Origin: Tubiluchus corallicola
Taxonomy: Eukaryota > Animalia > Priapulida
Assembly (NCBI GenBank): GCA_030141605.1
Contig: JAQGDQ010002373.1
Location: 1-64,000 of the forward strand
Direction of reading: 5' to 3'
DNA length: 64,000 nt
Shown here piece by piece: positions 25,700-39,488 of this stretch. The notes under the pieces are model-generated. The model had not been told where the DNA came from and made no database searches. It was given only the letters and a program-made list of their open reading frames with translations. The position numbers and the translations under genes were made by a program. Every line of letters begins with the position of its first letter. The first letter of the stretch is position 1.

Positions 25700-26382
25700 A
25701 GGACAGGAAAAGGGGTACCTGAAGTAGGTTTCAGAAAAATCGTCTTAAAAATTATATTACTTTAGATCAATTTTATGCGTATATCTTACTCGCAGTGAAA
25801 GGAATTTTTGTTTGTTTTGATTTTAAATCTCCCACAATACTGTTCCGAAGTCGCCATTACATGACGTCATGTACCAAACGTAAATCAAGGGAAGAAAAGG
25901 CAATGTTAAATTATGTCCCAAAAAACTTTCCGTGCAAATCTATATTACTTAGATCTTCGCTTACCTGCTAGAGAGACTTACGTAACTAGAAAAGAAAATC
26001 ATTAATTATTTAAAATGTTTTCACCAATTGGTAAAATATCGCTGACTCACCCTACAGGGTGCACCACTCACTAACCAAAAAACGTATTTTTAATCTTATT
26101 GACAAGATACAGTAATTTTAAATTTTATTTAGTTAGTGACTTGTGCGCTACGAATGCTCTGATTATTTTTTCAGACTTTACAAAATGTTATCTAAACTTG
26201 TTTCGAATGACCTGTCGTGAAAATGGCTGCGTCTAACGGTCATCTCGGCAATTTAAATTTACATGTTTTATACAGCGTTACTGCCGATTGAAGTCCTGCA
26301 CGCAAAAAGGCCGTATGTAAGCGATATAAAATTTCAAAACGAATTTTTTAAGCTTGATGTTTATGAGGGGTTTTCTTGTGCT
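25700..26382 (+). mobile_element. Kolobok-type MITE
   Basis: TTAA|AGGACAGGAAAA ... TTTTCTTGTGCT|TTAA; RR..YY termini with TTAA TSD. Confidence 0.82.
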
Positions 26383-27442
26383 TTAAAACGCGTGTTTTGT
26401 TGAACAAGAGCTGACTAGGGCTTTAGTACCTCTGAGATTGAAAAGATATGCAGAATGCAAGACGTGGGTGTGTATTAAACCAGGGTGGTTTGATATACTT
26501 TAAGCAAGGTGAAATTCATTAATCTAGCATTTGATAAATTACAACAATAAATATGCCAAGTGGATTTGTTGGCTTAATTTCACCGCACGTATTACATTGA
26601 GAACCAAGAAGGTTACGTAAGATTATCAAGCATGACCTGTCCATGAAACTGTTACGTAATGATGATGGCTAGAAGGTCGCGCGACGGGTGCAGGGTTTGG
26701 ACAATGCTGTTGATAAACTAAATTGATCTTCACCGGAGTCTTTACATCGTCTTTATAAGCATCAACTGTATATATATATAGTTAAGTCTACAACGTATAG
26801 GATAGACAGCTTGTAAGAAAGCACGTAAGCACAGAATACATCTAGAAAACTCATTCTGCCTTTAGTTCTCCTATAACCTGCCCGTGAAGGGGGCGCAGCG
26901 ATCGTTAATATTGTTGTTCGTGTACAGCTTGCAACTTGGTCAACTTGTTGAGCAAACCATGCAAGTTTTACAAATGTGACGCCAAGCTAATGCAAATGAT
27001 TAATTTTTGAGCTAGAATAATTATTCTTTAATTATATATAAATATAATATTACTATATATAAATATATATTAAATAATATTCTAATAAATATATAATTAC
27101 TCAATGCTGTTGATAAACTAAATTGATCTTCACCGGAGTCTTTACATCGTCTTTATAAGCATCAACTGTATATTTTATCCCCAAACTTGGTTTTGTTTTC
27201 AGTTGCCATTAACAGTCATATAAAATACATATGTGTTTTCTCAGAACTCAGAAAATTCATGGTCAACAAAAGACAAACCTGCTGATTAATAGCGGGTATT
27301 AATTATAAACAGTCTTTTCAAAAGACAGACGTGGTTATTTAAATAATCATTATAATGATGGATAATTCACATGTAGTCAGTCATTACAAAGAAATGTAAT
27401 TAGTTTAAACATAATTTATTATACGATTGTCACCACAACAAC

Positions 27443-27706
<264 letters not shown>

Positions 27707-27779
27707 AGTTTAAACATAATCTATTATAGGATTGGATCAGACAGTTTGAACAACATGATTTAGGATCCTCACCACAACA

Positions 27780-28300
27780 GACTTTATACATACTATTTAC
27801 AAAAACATTTACAGTAAGAATAGACTATAACTACACAAGCTGACAAATTTTACTACAAGAATACATTAGACATTAGTAACATTTACAGTAAGAACAGACT
27901 ATAACTACACAAGCTGACAAGTTTTACTACAAGATTACATTAGACATTAGTAGAAAATGACGGTTAGAAAATATTAATGTACGAATATTTAAGACTGATG
28001 CATTTCATATCAGATAGAAACTACTGGAAGCATTTAGTACGTAATATAAAGTCATGTCTGCATTGGAATATTTTACAGTTAGCAACATAGTTAAATTCAT
28101 CTTTTCCGAATAATAACAACTTCAACAGATCATTAGTTCCTAAGGCAGCTATATTAAGGTTTTTAGGCAGAAGCATTTCATTTAATTTATCAATCATAAC
28201 AACCCTAGTTTGTTGATACAATGGGCAGTGCAACAAAAAGTGTTCAACAGACTCAAATCGAAATCCACAGTTACAATTCGGCAATATTGGATGGCCGTTA
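27780..28300 (-). mobile_element. CR1-like LINE 3' end
   Basis: CNCG...ESVEHFLLHCPLY C-terminal Cys/His motif; a ~72-bp duplication in the downstream UTR. Confidence 0.75.
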
Positions 28301-28535
28301 TTTACAAAGAAATGTAATTACACGATTGATCACACGTGCATTTTTTGGGTTGCTGGAATATGGATTTCTAGTAATAAGATGACAATTGTAGATGTACAAC
28401 TAAATAAACACGTAGCTCTTGTGTAACCCAGGTACACAAAATTGCCACTACGTTATTACAAAAACTATTCGAAACTGAAATAAAGTTAAAAAATAAGAAA
28501 AAATACAAGTACGCACGCTTTCCTGAAAGTTTTTT

Positions 28536-29845
28536 TCTATACATATGAAAGTGACTTATTCTATACATACGAAAGTGAAATATTCTATACATATGAAAGT
28601 GAATTATTCTATACATATGAAAGTGACTCATTCTATACATATAAAAGTGAATTATTCTATACATTTGAAAGTGACTTATTCTATACATACGAAAGTGAAA
28701 TATTCTATACATATGAAAGTGAATTATTCTATACATATGAAAGTGAATTATCCTATACATATGAAAGTGAATTATTCTATACATATGAAAGTGAGTTATT
28801 GTATACATATTAAAGTGACTTATTCTATACATATGAAAGTGACTTATTCTATACATATGAAAGTGAATTATCGTATACATATGAAAGTGAATTATTCTAT
28901 ACATATGAAAGTGACTTATTCTATACATATGAAAGTGAATTATTCTATACATACGAAAGTGAATTATTCTATACATATGAAAGTCACTTATTCTATACAT
29001 ATGAAAGTGACTCATTCTATACATACCAAAGTGACTTATTCTATACATATGAAAGTGACTTATTCTATACATATGAAAGTGACTTATTCTATACATATGA
29101 CAGTGAATTATTCTATACATATGAAAGTGACTCAATCTATACATACGAAAGTGAATTATTCTATACATATGAAAGTGACTTATTCTATACATATGAAAGT
29201 GAGTCATTCTATACATATGAAAGTGACTTATTCTATACATATGAAAGTGACTTATTCTATACATATGAAAGTGACTGATTCTATACATACGAAAGTGAAT
29301 TATTCTATACATATGAAAGTGAATTATTCTATACATATGAAAGTGACTTATTCTATACATATGAAAGTGAGTTATTCTATACATATGAAAGTGACTTATT
29401 CTATACATACGAAAGTGACTTATTCTATACATACGAAAGTGACTTATTCTATACATACGAAAGTGAATTATTCTATACATATGAAAGTCACTTATTCTAT
29501 ACATATGAAAGTGAGTCATTCTATACATATGAAAGTGACTTATTCTATACATATGAAAGTAAATTATTCTATACATATGAAAGTGACTTATTCTATACAT
29601 GCGAAAGTGAATTATTCTATACATATGAAAGTGAGTCATTCTATACATATGAAAGTGACTTATTCTATACATATTATTCTATACATATGAAAGTGACTCA
29701 TTCTATACATACGAAAGTGAATTATTCTATACATATGAAAGTGACTTATTCTATACATACGAAAGTGAGTCATTCTATACATATGAAAGTGACTTATTCT
29801 ATACATATGAAAGTGAGTTATTCTATACATATGAAAGTAAATTAT
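28536..29845. repeat. 24-bp minisatellite, about 54 units
   Basis: Unit TTATTCTATACATATGAAAGTGAM. Confidence 0.97.
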
Positions 29846-30160
29846 ATTAATTAAGAAGCAGTTAAGCAACGAAACTTAAGAAAAATAAAATCCGCCAAAA
29901 TTCAAGTGGAAATTTAATGAAGTTAATGTGCTCTTACGTGCTGAAGTTAGAAAAATAAAAACCTTGTAGTTTCAAAAAACGTATTTGTCACGTGATGCTA
30001 CATAACAGCAATTAGTCATGCAGAACAAGAGCAATTTTTTCAGAACTCCAAAGTGTTTAAAGTATTTATGGTGGTGATGATGGTGTAAATGAAGTACATA
30101 ATTTAATGAAATAATTTTTTTCTTTTTTTAATATTACTACAGTACATATATTTACAGTTT

Positions 30161-30360
30161 ATGTATGTGCGTGTGTGTGTGTGTGTGTGTGTGTGCATGC
30201 GTGTGCGTGCGTGCTTGCGTGCGTGAGTGTTTATGTGTGCGTGTGTGCGTGCGTGAGTGTTTATGTGTGTGTGTGCGCGTGCCTGCGTGCTTGCGTGTGC
30301 ATGTGCGTGTCAGTTTATATATGTGTGTGTGCGTGTGCATGCGTCCGTGTGTCAGTTTAT
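30161..30360. repeat. Degenerate (TG)n microsatellite
   Basis: Seen directly. Confidence 0.9.
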
Positions 30361-31309
30361 ATACAATTAATATGTAATTACAGCACTGCATAATGCTAAT
30401 TTAATACTCAGTTTGGGTGGCTGATTCGATAACTATATTGTTCGCCACCCCTTCTCATTTGTTTGATTTTTTTAATTTATGCCTATTTTTCTATGTATTA
30501 TTACTGGGATGAAAAATGAATGATTTGATTTGATTTTGGTGGCTGTATAGTAGGGCAACCATGACGAGGAAGCAAGATGTAAATAAAGTACCACGCTTTG
30601 TGATGAAGAAAGTAGTGCGAACAGGGTGGCATAGTCGTACGATCCGGGGGGGGTGCAGCTCCCTTCATTCGGGCAATCATTTTTTCGGGCACCGGCCAAA
30701 TGAAGAAAAGAATAACATTTATATTATATATTTAATAAAGCTAAAATAAAAAATATTTTTCGTAAAAAAAATCTGGAAATTCCTCCATGCCGTCAAATGA
30801 AGTGGCCGAAGTCCGGACATTTTTTTGTTCAAGGGGTGGGGTGGGACAGTTCTGGACTCGGAGTTGACATGCACTTTTCGGGCAAAAATAGCTCACTCCT
30901 TCTGGAAAAATCGACCCGTACGCATATGCAGATTGTTAGCGTCGTGCAGCATCTTGATGGTGGTGGTGGTGGTGGTAGTTTGCGGCAGCGGCAGTGGTGA
31001 TGATGGCGACAATGTTTGTTCAAGATGAGGTTATGGCGTGAAAACGATGTTAGTTGTTACAGCATCGTAGCCTGTAGAACAGTTCCTCTCTTACTCTGCG
31101 CTGTTGTCTATTCAATGGTTTATTTACCATCTGAGTAAACAGATTTAAAGTGCCCGAACTGCCTTGGCCTTGTTTTATCTTAGCTGAAAACGGCTGGGTA
31201 AATCAGTACAGTTTCGAGGACACTGCTTTATTATACCACGAGCCGTGAATTTAGACGATCATTATTCCAATTTATTCGCTTTAAAATCCCTTTTGGGCGT
31301 TTATTTTAA

Positions 31310-31961
31310 AGGACAAGAAAAGGGGCACCTGAAGTAGGTTTCAGAAAAATCGTCTCAAAAAATTGTATTACTTTATAGCAATTTTATGCACATATCTTAC
31401 TCACACTGAAAGGAATTTTAGTTTGTTTTCATTTTAAATCTCCCGCAATACTGTTCCGAAGTCGCCATTACATGACGTCATGTACCAAACGTAAATGAAG
31501 GGAAGAAAAGGCAATGTTAAATTATGTCTCAAAAGACTTTCCATGCAAATCTATTTTACTTGGATTTTCGCTTGCCTGCTAGAAAGACTTATGTAACTAG
31601 AAAAAGAATTATTAATTATTTAAATGTTTTCACCAATTGGTAAAATGTCGCTGACTCGCCCTGCAGGGTGCACCACCCACTAACCAAAAAACGTATTTTT
31701 AATCTTATTGACAAGATACAGTAATTTTAAATTATATTTAGTTAGTAACATGTGTGCTACGAATGCTCTGATTATTTTTTCAAACTTTACAAAATGTTAT
31801 CTAAACTTGTTTCAAACGACCTGTCGTAAAAATGGCTGCGTCTAACGGTCATCGCCGGAGTCTAAATTGAAGTCCTGCATGCAAAAAGGCAGTAAGTAAG
31901 CGATGTAAAATTTCAAAACGAATTTTTTAAGCTTTATGTTTATGAAGGGTTTTCGTGTGCT
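31310..31961 (+). mobile_element. Kolobok-type MITE
   Basis: Same family; TTAA TSD on both sides. Confidence 0.82.
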
Positions 31962-32661
31962 TTAAATCATAAGGCGCATCTGAACAAGCACTGGTCGTAA
32001 GATAGTGGCTGAGCACCATTGCTGTAGTAAAAACTTCGTAAAATCATCAGAATTAGTTCAATCTATGCATTTCATGAAAAAATGGTAGTCCGTTAGAATA
32101 ATATACAGTTATAAACAAAGTATACGTGTTCACAATACGGTCTTGTTGAGTCATTTACTAAATCTTAACAATTACAATGCGTCTTAAAAACTAAAAACAA
32201 GTTTCTTAATCGTGAAAAATTCGTGACAATTTTTTTTTGTTACTGCCAGTGTCTGCTATTGACATTGTTATTTTTTGTAATAAGCGCTTACGACTTTCAC
32301 TAAAGAAACCGAATTTAGTGTCCTAACTGCTTTTAAAGCGTCATTAATTTGTGTTGTTCAATCTCTGTGCAAAATGTGATTAAAATGAACGATATACACA
32401 TAAGCTTACTTCTCAAAGCGTATTTTTTTTTAAAAAATGCCTACTCGCGTGCTGTATTAACAAAGGAGCAGGCCAGATGAAATACGTGAAATGTGGTTGG
32501 TAAGTTATCAATGAAATTGGCAAAACGAAGCGAGATTTTAATTTGCTTAAACGTTAGTATTGAAATGTTACGTAAACGATTAATCACGCATTGTCATTGG
32601 AATCGAATGTTAAGATATTCGTTTTTGCAGGGTGACAATGATGCCCATAGTGTCTTTTCAG

Positions 32662-32759
32662 CAGGGCCTATTTCAAGGGGGGATACTTCCCCGGGGCCTC
32701 ACCCTCCAGGGGGGCCTCGCGCCAAGGTAACATTTTTTTGCTTTATGCGAACATACTGC

Positions 32760-32846
<87 letters not shown>

Positions 32847-33105
32847 CCGCACGCGCGCCGTTTGCCAGTATTGACAAGTATTAAGGACTGGTCTTGAGAA
32901 TAAAGCAGTTTTTCTTTCAATTGTTCTTTCCTTTAACAACTGTATAACTCCATATTTTCTCTTCGAAAATGCTTCTCCGGCGTTCTAGCAGTTCAAAAAT
33001 TTTCTGGGCGCCAACCATGGTAGCGCTCGCCGCCCCACCCCACCCCCCGTTGGGGCCTCACACGCCCCACTTCCCCGGGCCTCGCCTAGGCTGAAATAAG
33101 CCCTG
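32662..33105 (+). mobile_element. hAT-type MITE with internal (CT)n
   Basis: Same TIRs; TSD CTTTTCAG/CTTTTCAA. Confidence 0.9.
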
Positions 33106-33417
33106 CTTTTCAATGCCCAAAACTTCAGAAAGTTAAACGAAGAAACGTTAAAGTTTCATTAGCGGCTTGCATACGGTACATAAGCTCACTGAGCAACAGA
33201 ATGGTGCAGTGACACAGCTGTTTCAGCTAGAATAAATCTTGTCTAAGATTTAATTAGGAGGTAACTGACGTGAAATAATGAGCATAACCAGTTTTCCACC
33301 CAAGTACGCAAACGGTTGCACGTACCTCATGTGAGAAAGCTATATAAAATAAAATATATAATATATATGTCGCTTACAATATTTAATTGTTTTATATATA
33401 CATATACATATAATATA

Positions 33418-33452
<35 letters not shown>

Positions 33453-33688
33453 ACAATTAAATATTGTAAGCGACATATATATTATATATTTTATTTTATA
33501 TATGTATAATATAACATATATATATATATAACATATATATAAAACTGTAGTAATTATTTTGTTGGTCTGTATTGTTACTATATTTCAAAATTAAAATTAG
33601 GTGTATGTCTTATTTTTTTCCCTGTATTGTATGTATTTTTGGCACTAATAAATATGAAATGAAATATAAATACATTATATATATATAT

Positions 33689-34123
33689 GAAGGATGCCCA
33701 CACTGTATCTCGACACTAGGCGGAGGAGCTGCACAAGCAGCCAACGGCTAGAGGGCGGAGGAGGTCAAGTGACCCAACGGCCATGTGTAGAGGAGTAAAC
33801 CTTCCAAATCAGGAGTGGAGCCCCGAAGGCGGACCAGTGCAGCATGCTCACTGACTCCGGCAGCTTCGTCAGCCAACCTGGTGCCAAACGTATCGCTCCG
33901 CTTTCCTGTGGACTACACCAGGGAGGAAGAGAGGGGGTTCCTGTTGTCTGGGCAACTCAGGATCTCCATACACCTTGCCCAGGCGTGCACCCTGGAGACG
34001 TTCAAGGATCGCACTGCTCAGCCACAGTCGACGCTGCAGCTCCATCAATGTGATCAATAACTGACTCTCTTGGCGCACAATCCATTGTCTTCCGAGACAG
34101 AAGGATGCCAACAACAACAACAA
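33689..34123 (+). mobile_element. 5S-SINE family copy, body and tail only
   Basis: Matches the body of the 16175 and 48142 copies from GGATGCCCACAC to (CAA)n. Confidence 0.88.
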
Positions 34124-34689
34124 TATATGTATGTGTATGTATAATGTATAGACGCAACATCTTCTTGCTAATGTCGAATGGCTGTGGCAGCACCAGTATC
34201 TATTTTTTCTGTCGAAGTTAATGTTCTAAGCTAACTTAACTAAGACATTAAGCCGTCACCCACCCAAGTTCGCAAGTGAGTAGGAGTAGCGATGATGACA
34301 ACAGCGAGGAAGCAACAGCGAAAATGGCCGTAGTGAGGATGGCAAATGTCAATACATTGAGGCAACAAATACAACATGTTAACAGTCCTGGGGATTATTT
34401 TAACATTAGACATGTTTGATTGGCAAGTTGACGCTGCCCAACGGCAATGATTAAACATTTACGAATTTAGAAGAAATATATTTGTAAGATGAATTGCCCA
34501 TTCAAAGCGTAGGTGATATTCTTGTAGGTGTTGCTTAGGAATAAAACCAACATTACCTTGAAGCTTAGGAACCAGATCAGGTAAGGCCTAAGGCCATTTT
34601 TTCCATGGACAGCGAAGTAACCAGAACAGGCTTTTGGCATTCCCGTTTGTAAACTAAGCAGAAGAAAATGTTAATAAACTGCGTGCATA

Positions 34690-35381
34690 ATGCTAATGGT
34701 CCTATAGTTATAGTCCTAGGTCCTAGGTCCTAGGTGCTAATGGTCCTAGAGTTATAGTCCTAGGTCCTAGGTGCTAATGGTCCTAGAGTTATAGTCCTAG
34801 GTCCTAGGTGCTAATGGTCCTAGAGTTATAGTCCTAGGTCCTAGGTGCTAATGGTCCTAGAGTCATAGTCCTAGGTCCTAGGTGCTAATGGTCCTAGAGT
34901 TATAGTCCTAGGTCCTAGGTGCTAATGGTCCTAGAGTTATAGTCCTAGGTCCTAGGTGCTAATGATCCTAGAGTTATAGTCCTAGGTGCTAATGGTCCTA
35001 GAGTTATAGTCCTAGGTCCTCGGTGCTAATGGTCCTAGAGTTATAGTCCTTGGTCCTAGGTGCTAATGGTCCTAGAGTTATAGTCCTAGGTCCTAGTTGC
35101 TAATGGTCCTAGAGTTATAGTCCTAGGTCCTAGGTGCTAATGATCCTAGAGTTATAGTCCTAGGTCCTAGGTGCTAATGGTCCTAGAGTTATAGTCCTAG
35201 GTCCTCGGTGCTAATGGTCCTAGAGTTATAGTCCTAAGTCCTGGGTGCTAATGGTCCTAGAGTTATAGTCCTAGGTCCTAGGTGCTAATGGTCCTAGAGT
35301 TATAGTCCTAGGTCCTCGGTGCTAATGGTCCTAGAGTTATAGTCCTAGGTCCTAGGTGCTAATGGTCCTAGAGTTATAGTC
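34690..35381. repeat. 37-bp minisatellite, about 18 units
   Basis: Unit GTGCTAATGGTCCTAGAGTTATAGTCCTAGGTCCTAG. Confidence 0.95.
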
Positions 35382-36031
35382 TATGAGCTCAGGAAAGGTT
35401 ATCCAAAGTCCTTGTATATGCAGCCCTTGATGAAGGCTATATAATAGTCATTTAAAATAATGATTATTTTACTATTTAGGGCTGAGTAAGTTAGTAATCA
35501 CGGCATAGTTAAGCAGCACAGATCCTGATTAGAAAATGGATATGTGACCACATCATTCGGGAAATTGTTTTTGGCTGGTTTCACCATCGGCCGTGCACAG
35601 GAAGGCTCTATGCACGTGGCTAATCCCCGTCTACGGTTTAATATCTCACTTTGAGAGGGTCAGTTTTATGAAGAGCTAGATTCCAGTCCCGTCTCAATCA
35701 TCCAACTTTACTAAGCTAACACTTTTCACGTTTAGTGTTGGATCCCTGGTTCACAGTGTTATGAATCGCATCATCATAACATTATGATTATGTTCTTTAG
35801 CTTGCATATCTAGGCCCTGTATATACGTATGTGTAGTGCCCAAATGTATTTTGTAAATTGTCCGTCGCGTTTTTTGATTGTAATCAACTGCTCGTATTTT
35901 TTCGAAAAAATATTTTTTCAACTTTTTGTAATTGCCTAGCAGTGATTCACGTAATATGCTTAGGAAAGAATACTTTTTTTTATAAAACTGTAAATAAGTG
36001 CATATTGTAGAGAATGGTGCTGTGCTGTGTT

Positions 36032-37097
36032 TATATATATATTAATTCTTTATTTGTCATTAAAATGGTTCACTCATTATAATAAAATTGAGTAAGCCTC
36101 AGCGTAATGTTAAAATAACAACACTGTTCAAGACAAATGCGTCCAGTGCTGACTAAAAAAAACTAAAGTGCAAAACTAAGGCCTAATTATATACAATAAA
36201 TGAACATATTTACAAACACCATATTAATATATTTTTACAAAACAATATTACAAAAGTACATTCAATTTTACATGACATATTTTACACTATATATACATTC
36301 GACATGACACAATTAACAGAAACATGCTTTACATTACATAAATTTCACTCATTACATTTACACTATTTATACATTTTTTCAAAACTGACATAACACGTAT
36401 TACATTACATAATTTTTTTAAAAAATTTCATTTTTAATCGTTATATGGAGTCAGGGGCGGGGGTAGATGAAAGTTGAGTCTGTGTAATTAGTATCAGATG
36501 CACAATGTGGAAGTTGAAACCTGTTATATTGATATTCTTTTAATTTCTTTTTAAAGTAGTGGAGAGATTCTATTTGTTTTATTTCACTGGGTAGTAAGTT
36601 CCGTAAACGTATGGCCTGTTTTCATATAGAGTTATTTCCAAATTTATTGCTTACTGTAATTTGCTTTAAATTGTCTGTTACATATTGTTTAAATTGGTAT
36701 CAGGAATGAATGCTAAGGGATTGTTTATAAATGGAATGCTCAGTTTATTGATATATTTATAAAGAAATATCAGTGTTTTGTAATCTCGATAGGCTTCTGA
36801 TATTGGTATTTTTGTGGACGTTCTTAAGCTTGTTGCAGAAGCAGCATGTTGTTTAGCAGTTTTGTTAGAGTAGCCATGAATTGCTTTCAATTTATACTAT
36901 TATAAAATATCCAGGGAGAATGGTAAGTTTTATGTTTAAATTTTACATTTTTAATCGTTTTATGGAGTCAGGGGCAGGGGTAGATGAAAGTTGAGTCTGT
37001 GTAATTAGTATCAGATGCACAATGTGGAAGTTGAAACCTGTTGTATTGATATTCTTTTAATATCTTTTTAAAGTGGTGGAGAGATTCTATTTGTTTG
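36032..37097 (-). mobile_element. LINE family B (related to A) 3' fragment with a duplicated internal segment
   Basis: Peptide AIHGYS...SATSLRTSTKIPI is homologous to family A; about 36425-36580 is repeated at 36945-37097. Confidence 0.8.
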
Positions 37098-38103
37098 ATA
37101 GGCCCTCGTGTCTAATACGCGTAAAAGTTGGAAACAGCGATTTATATTTACATGAAAGCAGAACTGAATCATTATTATTCAGAACGACAGCTGAGTTGAT
37201 ATTCTCATTCTGTTCCGTGTACACTGACAGTAAACTTAATGCAAACACTTAGATAAACAGAAAACCAGTTTATAACCAATAGGAAGCACAAGCTGTGCAT
37301 TATTGTAAGCCCAACGCAGCACTTTTAATCTACAGCTGAGTCTTGACAACAATCCATAGTGGAACTAATGGCTGGCCTGGCAACAAGGAAATGCTGAAAT
37401 AGGTGTGCGTGATGTTCGAACAAAGGAGACTGAATCGGGGACTCCCTTTGTCTGCTCCCATTTCAATGAACGTCGCCAGCTGGTTAGTGCTTTCCAAGCC
37501 TTTCCTGTTGCAAATTGGGATTAGGTCTATTTTGGATCAGGTGGGTAGGGGCGGCGAAGGTACACTCCGTCGTACATGCCTTGCTATTTTGTCCTGCCTT
37601 TTGTCCGCGTTATGACAATATATCGATAAACGTAAGATTGTGGTCATGAGAAGACTTTAGTTCAAAGGAGGTGAAACAAAACCAGAATCAAAACTAGACA
37701 GTAACCTTGAGCTAGTTAGCTTGTCCCAAATTTACGGTTCTTCCTATTCGCAACCCCTTTTGCATCAGCTTCTCACCCTTATACAATTATCAATCTGAAT
37801 TTACTATGTAAAACAGTTTTATTCTAGCAGATTTTTCCTTCAGACGGGAGCTGTACAAAACTCTATAAGCGGCTTGGCTATGATCTCTCATGTTTGAGTA
37901 AAACATCAACGTCAATCAGCTTTCTAAGTCAAATCTCGTTTTTTCGCGACTTTTTAACTGAAATACTCCATTTTCGTAGTCAGAGTAACTTCAGTCTTCC
38001 AGTGGGAAAACCTATAAAAAACATCGAGACATTTTGTCGACTGGCTTTTGCGGTGTTGCCTGTGCACTACTGCTTCTTAAAATGATTATGGATATCTTGG
38101 CTA

Positions 38104-38535
38104 ATATATATATATATCCTTATTTGCCATAAAAAAAAATCGATATTCATAACTATAAAAGAACATCGCAGCATGAGAATAAAATTCACGCAACTGTTAA
38201 AGGCAAATGCGTCCAGTGCAAACTAAAAAGTACTGTGCCAAAAATTTAAAACAAAATATACATTATAATGTTACACGGAAATTATAATAGACTATATAAA
38301 ATATATACATATAATTTAAAATGGACGTGGGTAAATAAAATTTGTGCATGAATATATATATTATTGTTTACGTATGTAGGGTTTTCAAAACGATTTAATG
38401 TATGTATTTTTAATTTTGATTTGAATTCGTAGAAAGACTTGATTTGTTTTAAATTTGATGGCAGGGTATTCCAAAGTTGAACTCCTTGTTTAGTGATAGA
38501 ATTGTTGCCGTATTTGTTATTAGTGCGTATTTTCG
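38104..38535 (-). mobile_element. LINE family C (related to A/B) 3' fragment
   Basis: Encodes IRTNNKYGNNSITKQGVQLWNTLP on -; shared 3' motif and (TA)n tail. Confidence 0.75.
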
Positions 38536-39488
38536 GTCCAAATCTTTAAAGGAATGTTAACGGTACAGTTTCTAAAGAGACATCTTGTCATACCAAGTTA
38601 TCGGATTTGATGGCTTAATGAACACTAGATTTTTTCTCCTAAGTACGTTTAGATAGCTAGGTTGTTATAATAAAGTCCTACATCTTACTTTCGAGGTACC
38701 TTTGGGAGACTGTCATACTCCTCATTTTACTGAATCGATCCAGTAGTATTGGTATTTCGGTGTGTTTTCCAGAATTCAGGAAACGAGGTTAATTTAAACT
38801 GCGCCGGCGCTTTACCACTCTGGACGCTCTCGTTTTGTCGTGTCATTCCACAAAGTTGTAAAAATAGTTAAGTGCTGTGTTGATGTTTTCGCAGATGTAA
38901 ACTGGGCTTACTGTACTGAGTAGCGTTGAGGGGAGGGCCGGCAGTAATGATGCTACAAACGTAAGCGGACGGATGCATATCGAAAATTGTCTTAAAGGAA
39001 AGAACAATCCAAGCAACATATTGGGTTTAGTTTAATTTTGTTAGGTAAAAATTCAAATTTGAGCAACCGTTTACTTTAAAATAACTTTCAGACGAGAAAT
39101 CTCACAAATACTTGCGCTCCTGGCGGGTTATTAGGCACCTTCGATATTCCCGCTAGGATTGTCAACTGCACAGTTACGTAACATTATCCTAGTCGCGTCT
39201 TGGATTTAGGATTGTACTGGGACCTGTTTTGATTACAAGTGGTTGTGCGGTTTAGTGGTGCTGGCATTGGAGTTGTAATTCAGAAGTTTCTGGTTTAAAT
39301 CAATGTTGCGTCTCGATTTTTTTCACATAGCCTCCTTTTACACAGACAAGAAGTTCAAAACTTTATGGATTGAGGATTTATTCTGCTAGTCGGGTGCTTA
39401 TTTTTCTTTGTGGGTTTTAATTTATTCCCAGCATTTCTTTTATAATAAGAATTTTTACGTTGCAGTTGCGACGAAGTTTAGACTTTAG

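Noticed and set aside
28368-29690. Long ORFs of 381 and 434 aa as genes
   Set aside because: Pure translation of a 24-bp minisatellite.
33692-33765. HDV-like ribozyme at the start of the 5S-SINE body
   Set aside because: Plausible P3 (TGT/ACA) and P4 (GCTGC/GCAGC) stems, and CTAGGCGG can pair with the 5S head, but I could not build a consistent P2 across copies. An RNArobo or Infernal search is needed before claiming it.
39235-39330. Additional tRNA-like SINE heads (also about 24200-24260)
   Set aside because: Too degenerate; only partial A/B-box resemblance.
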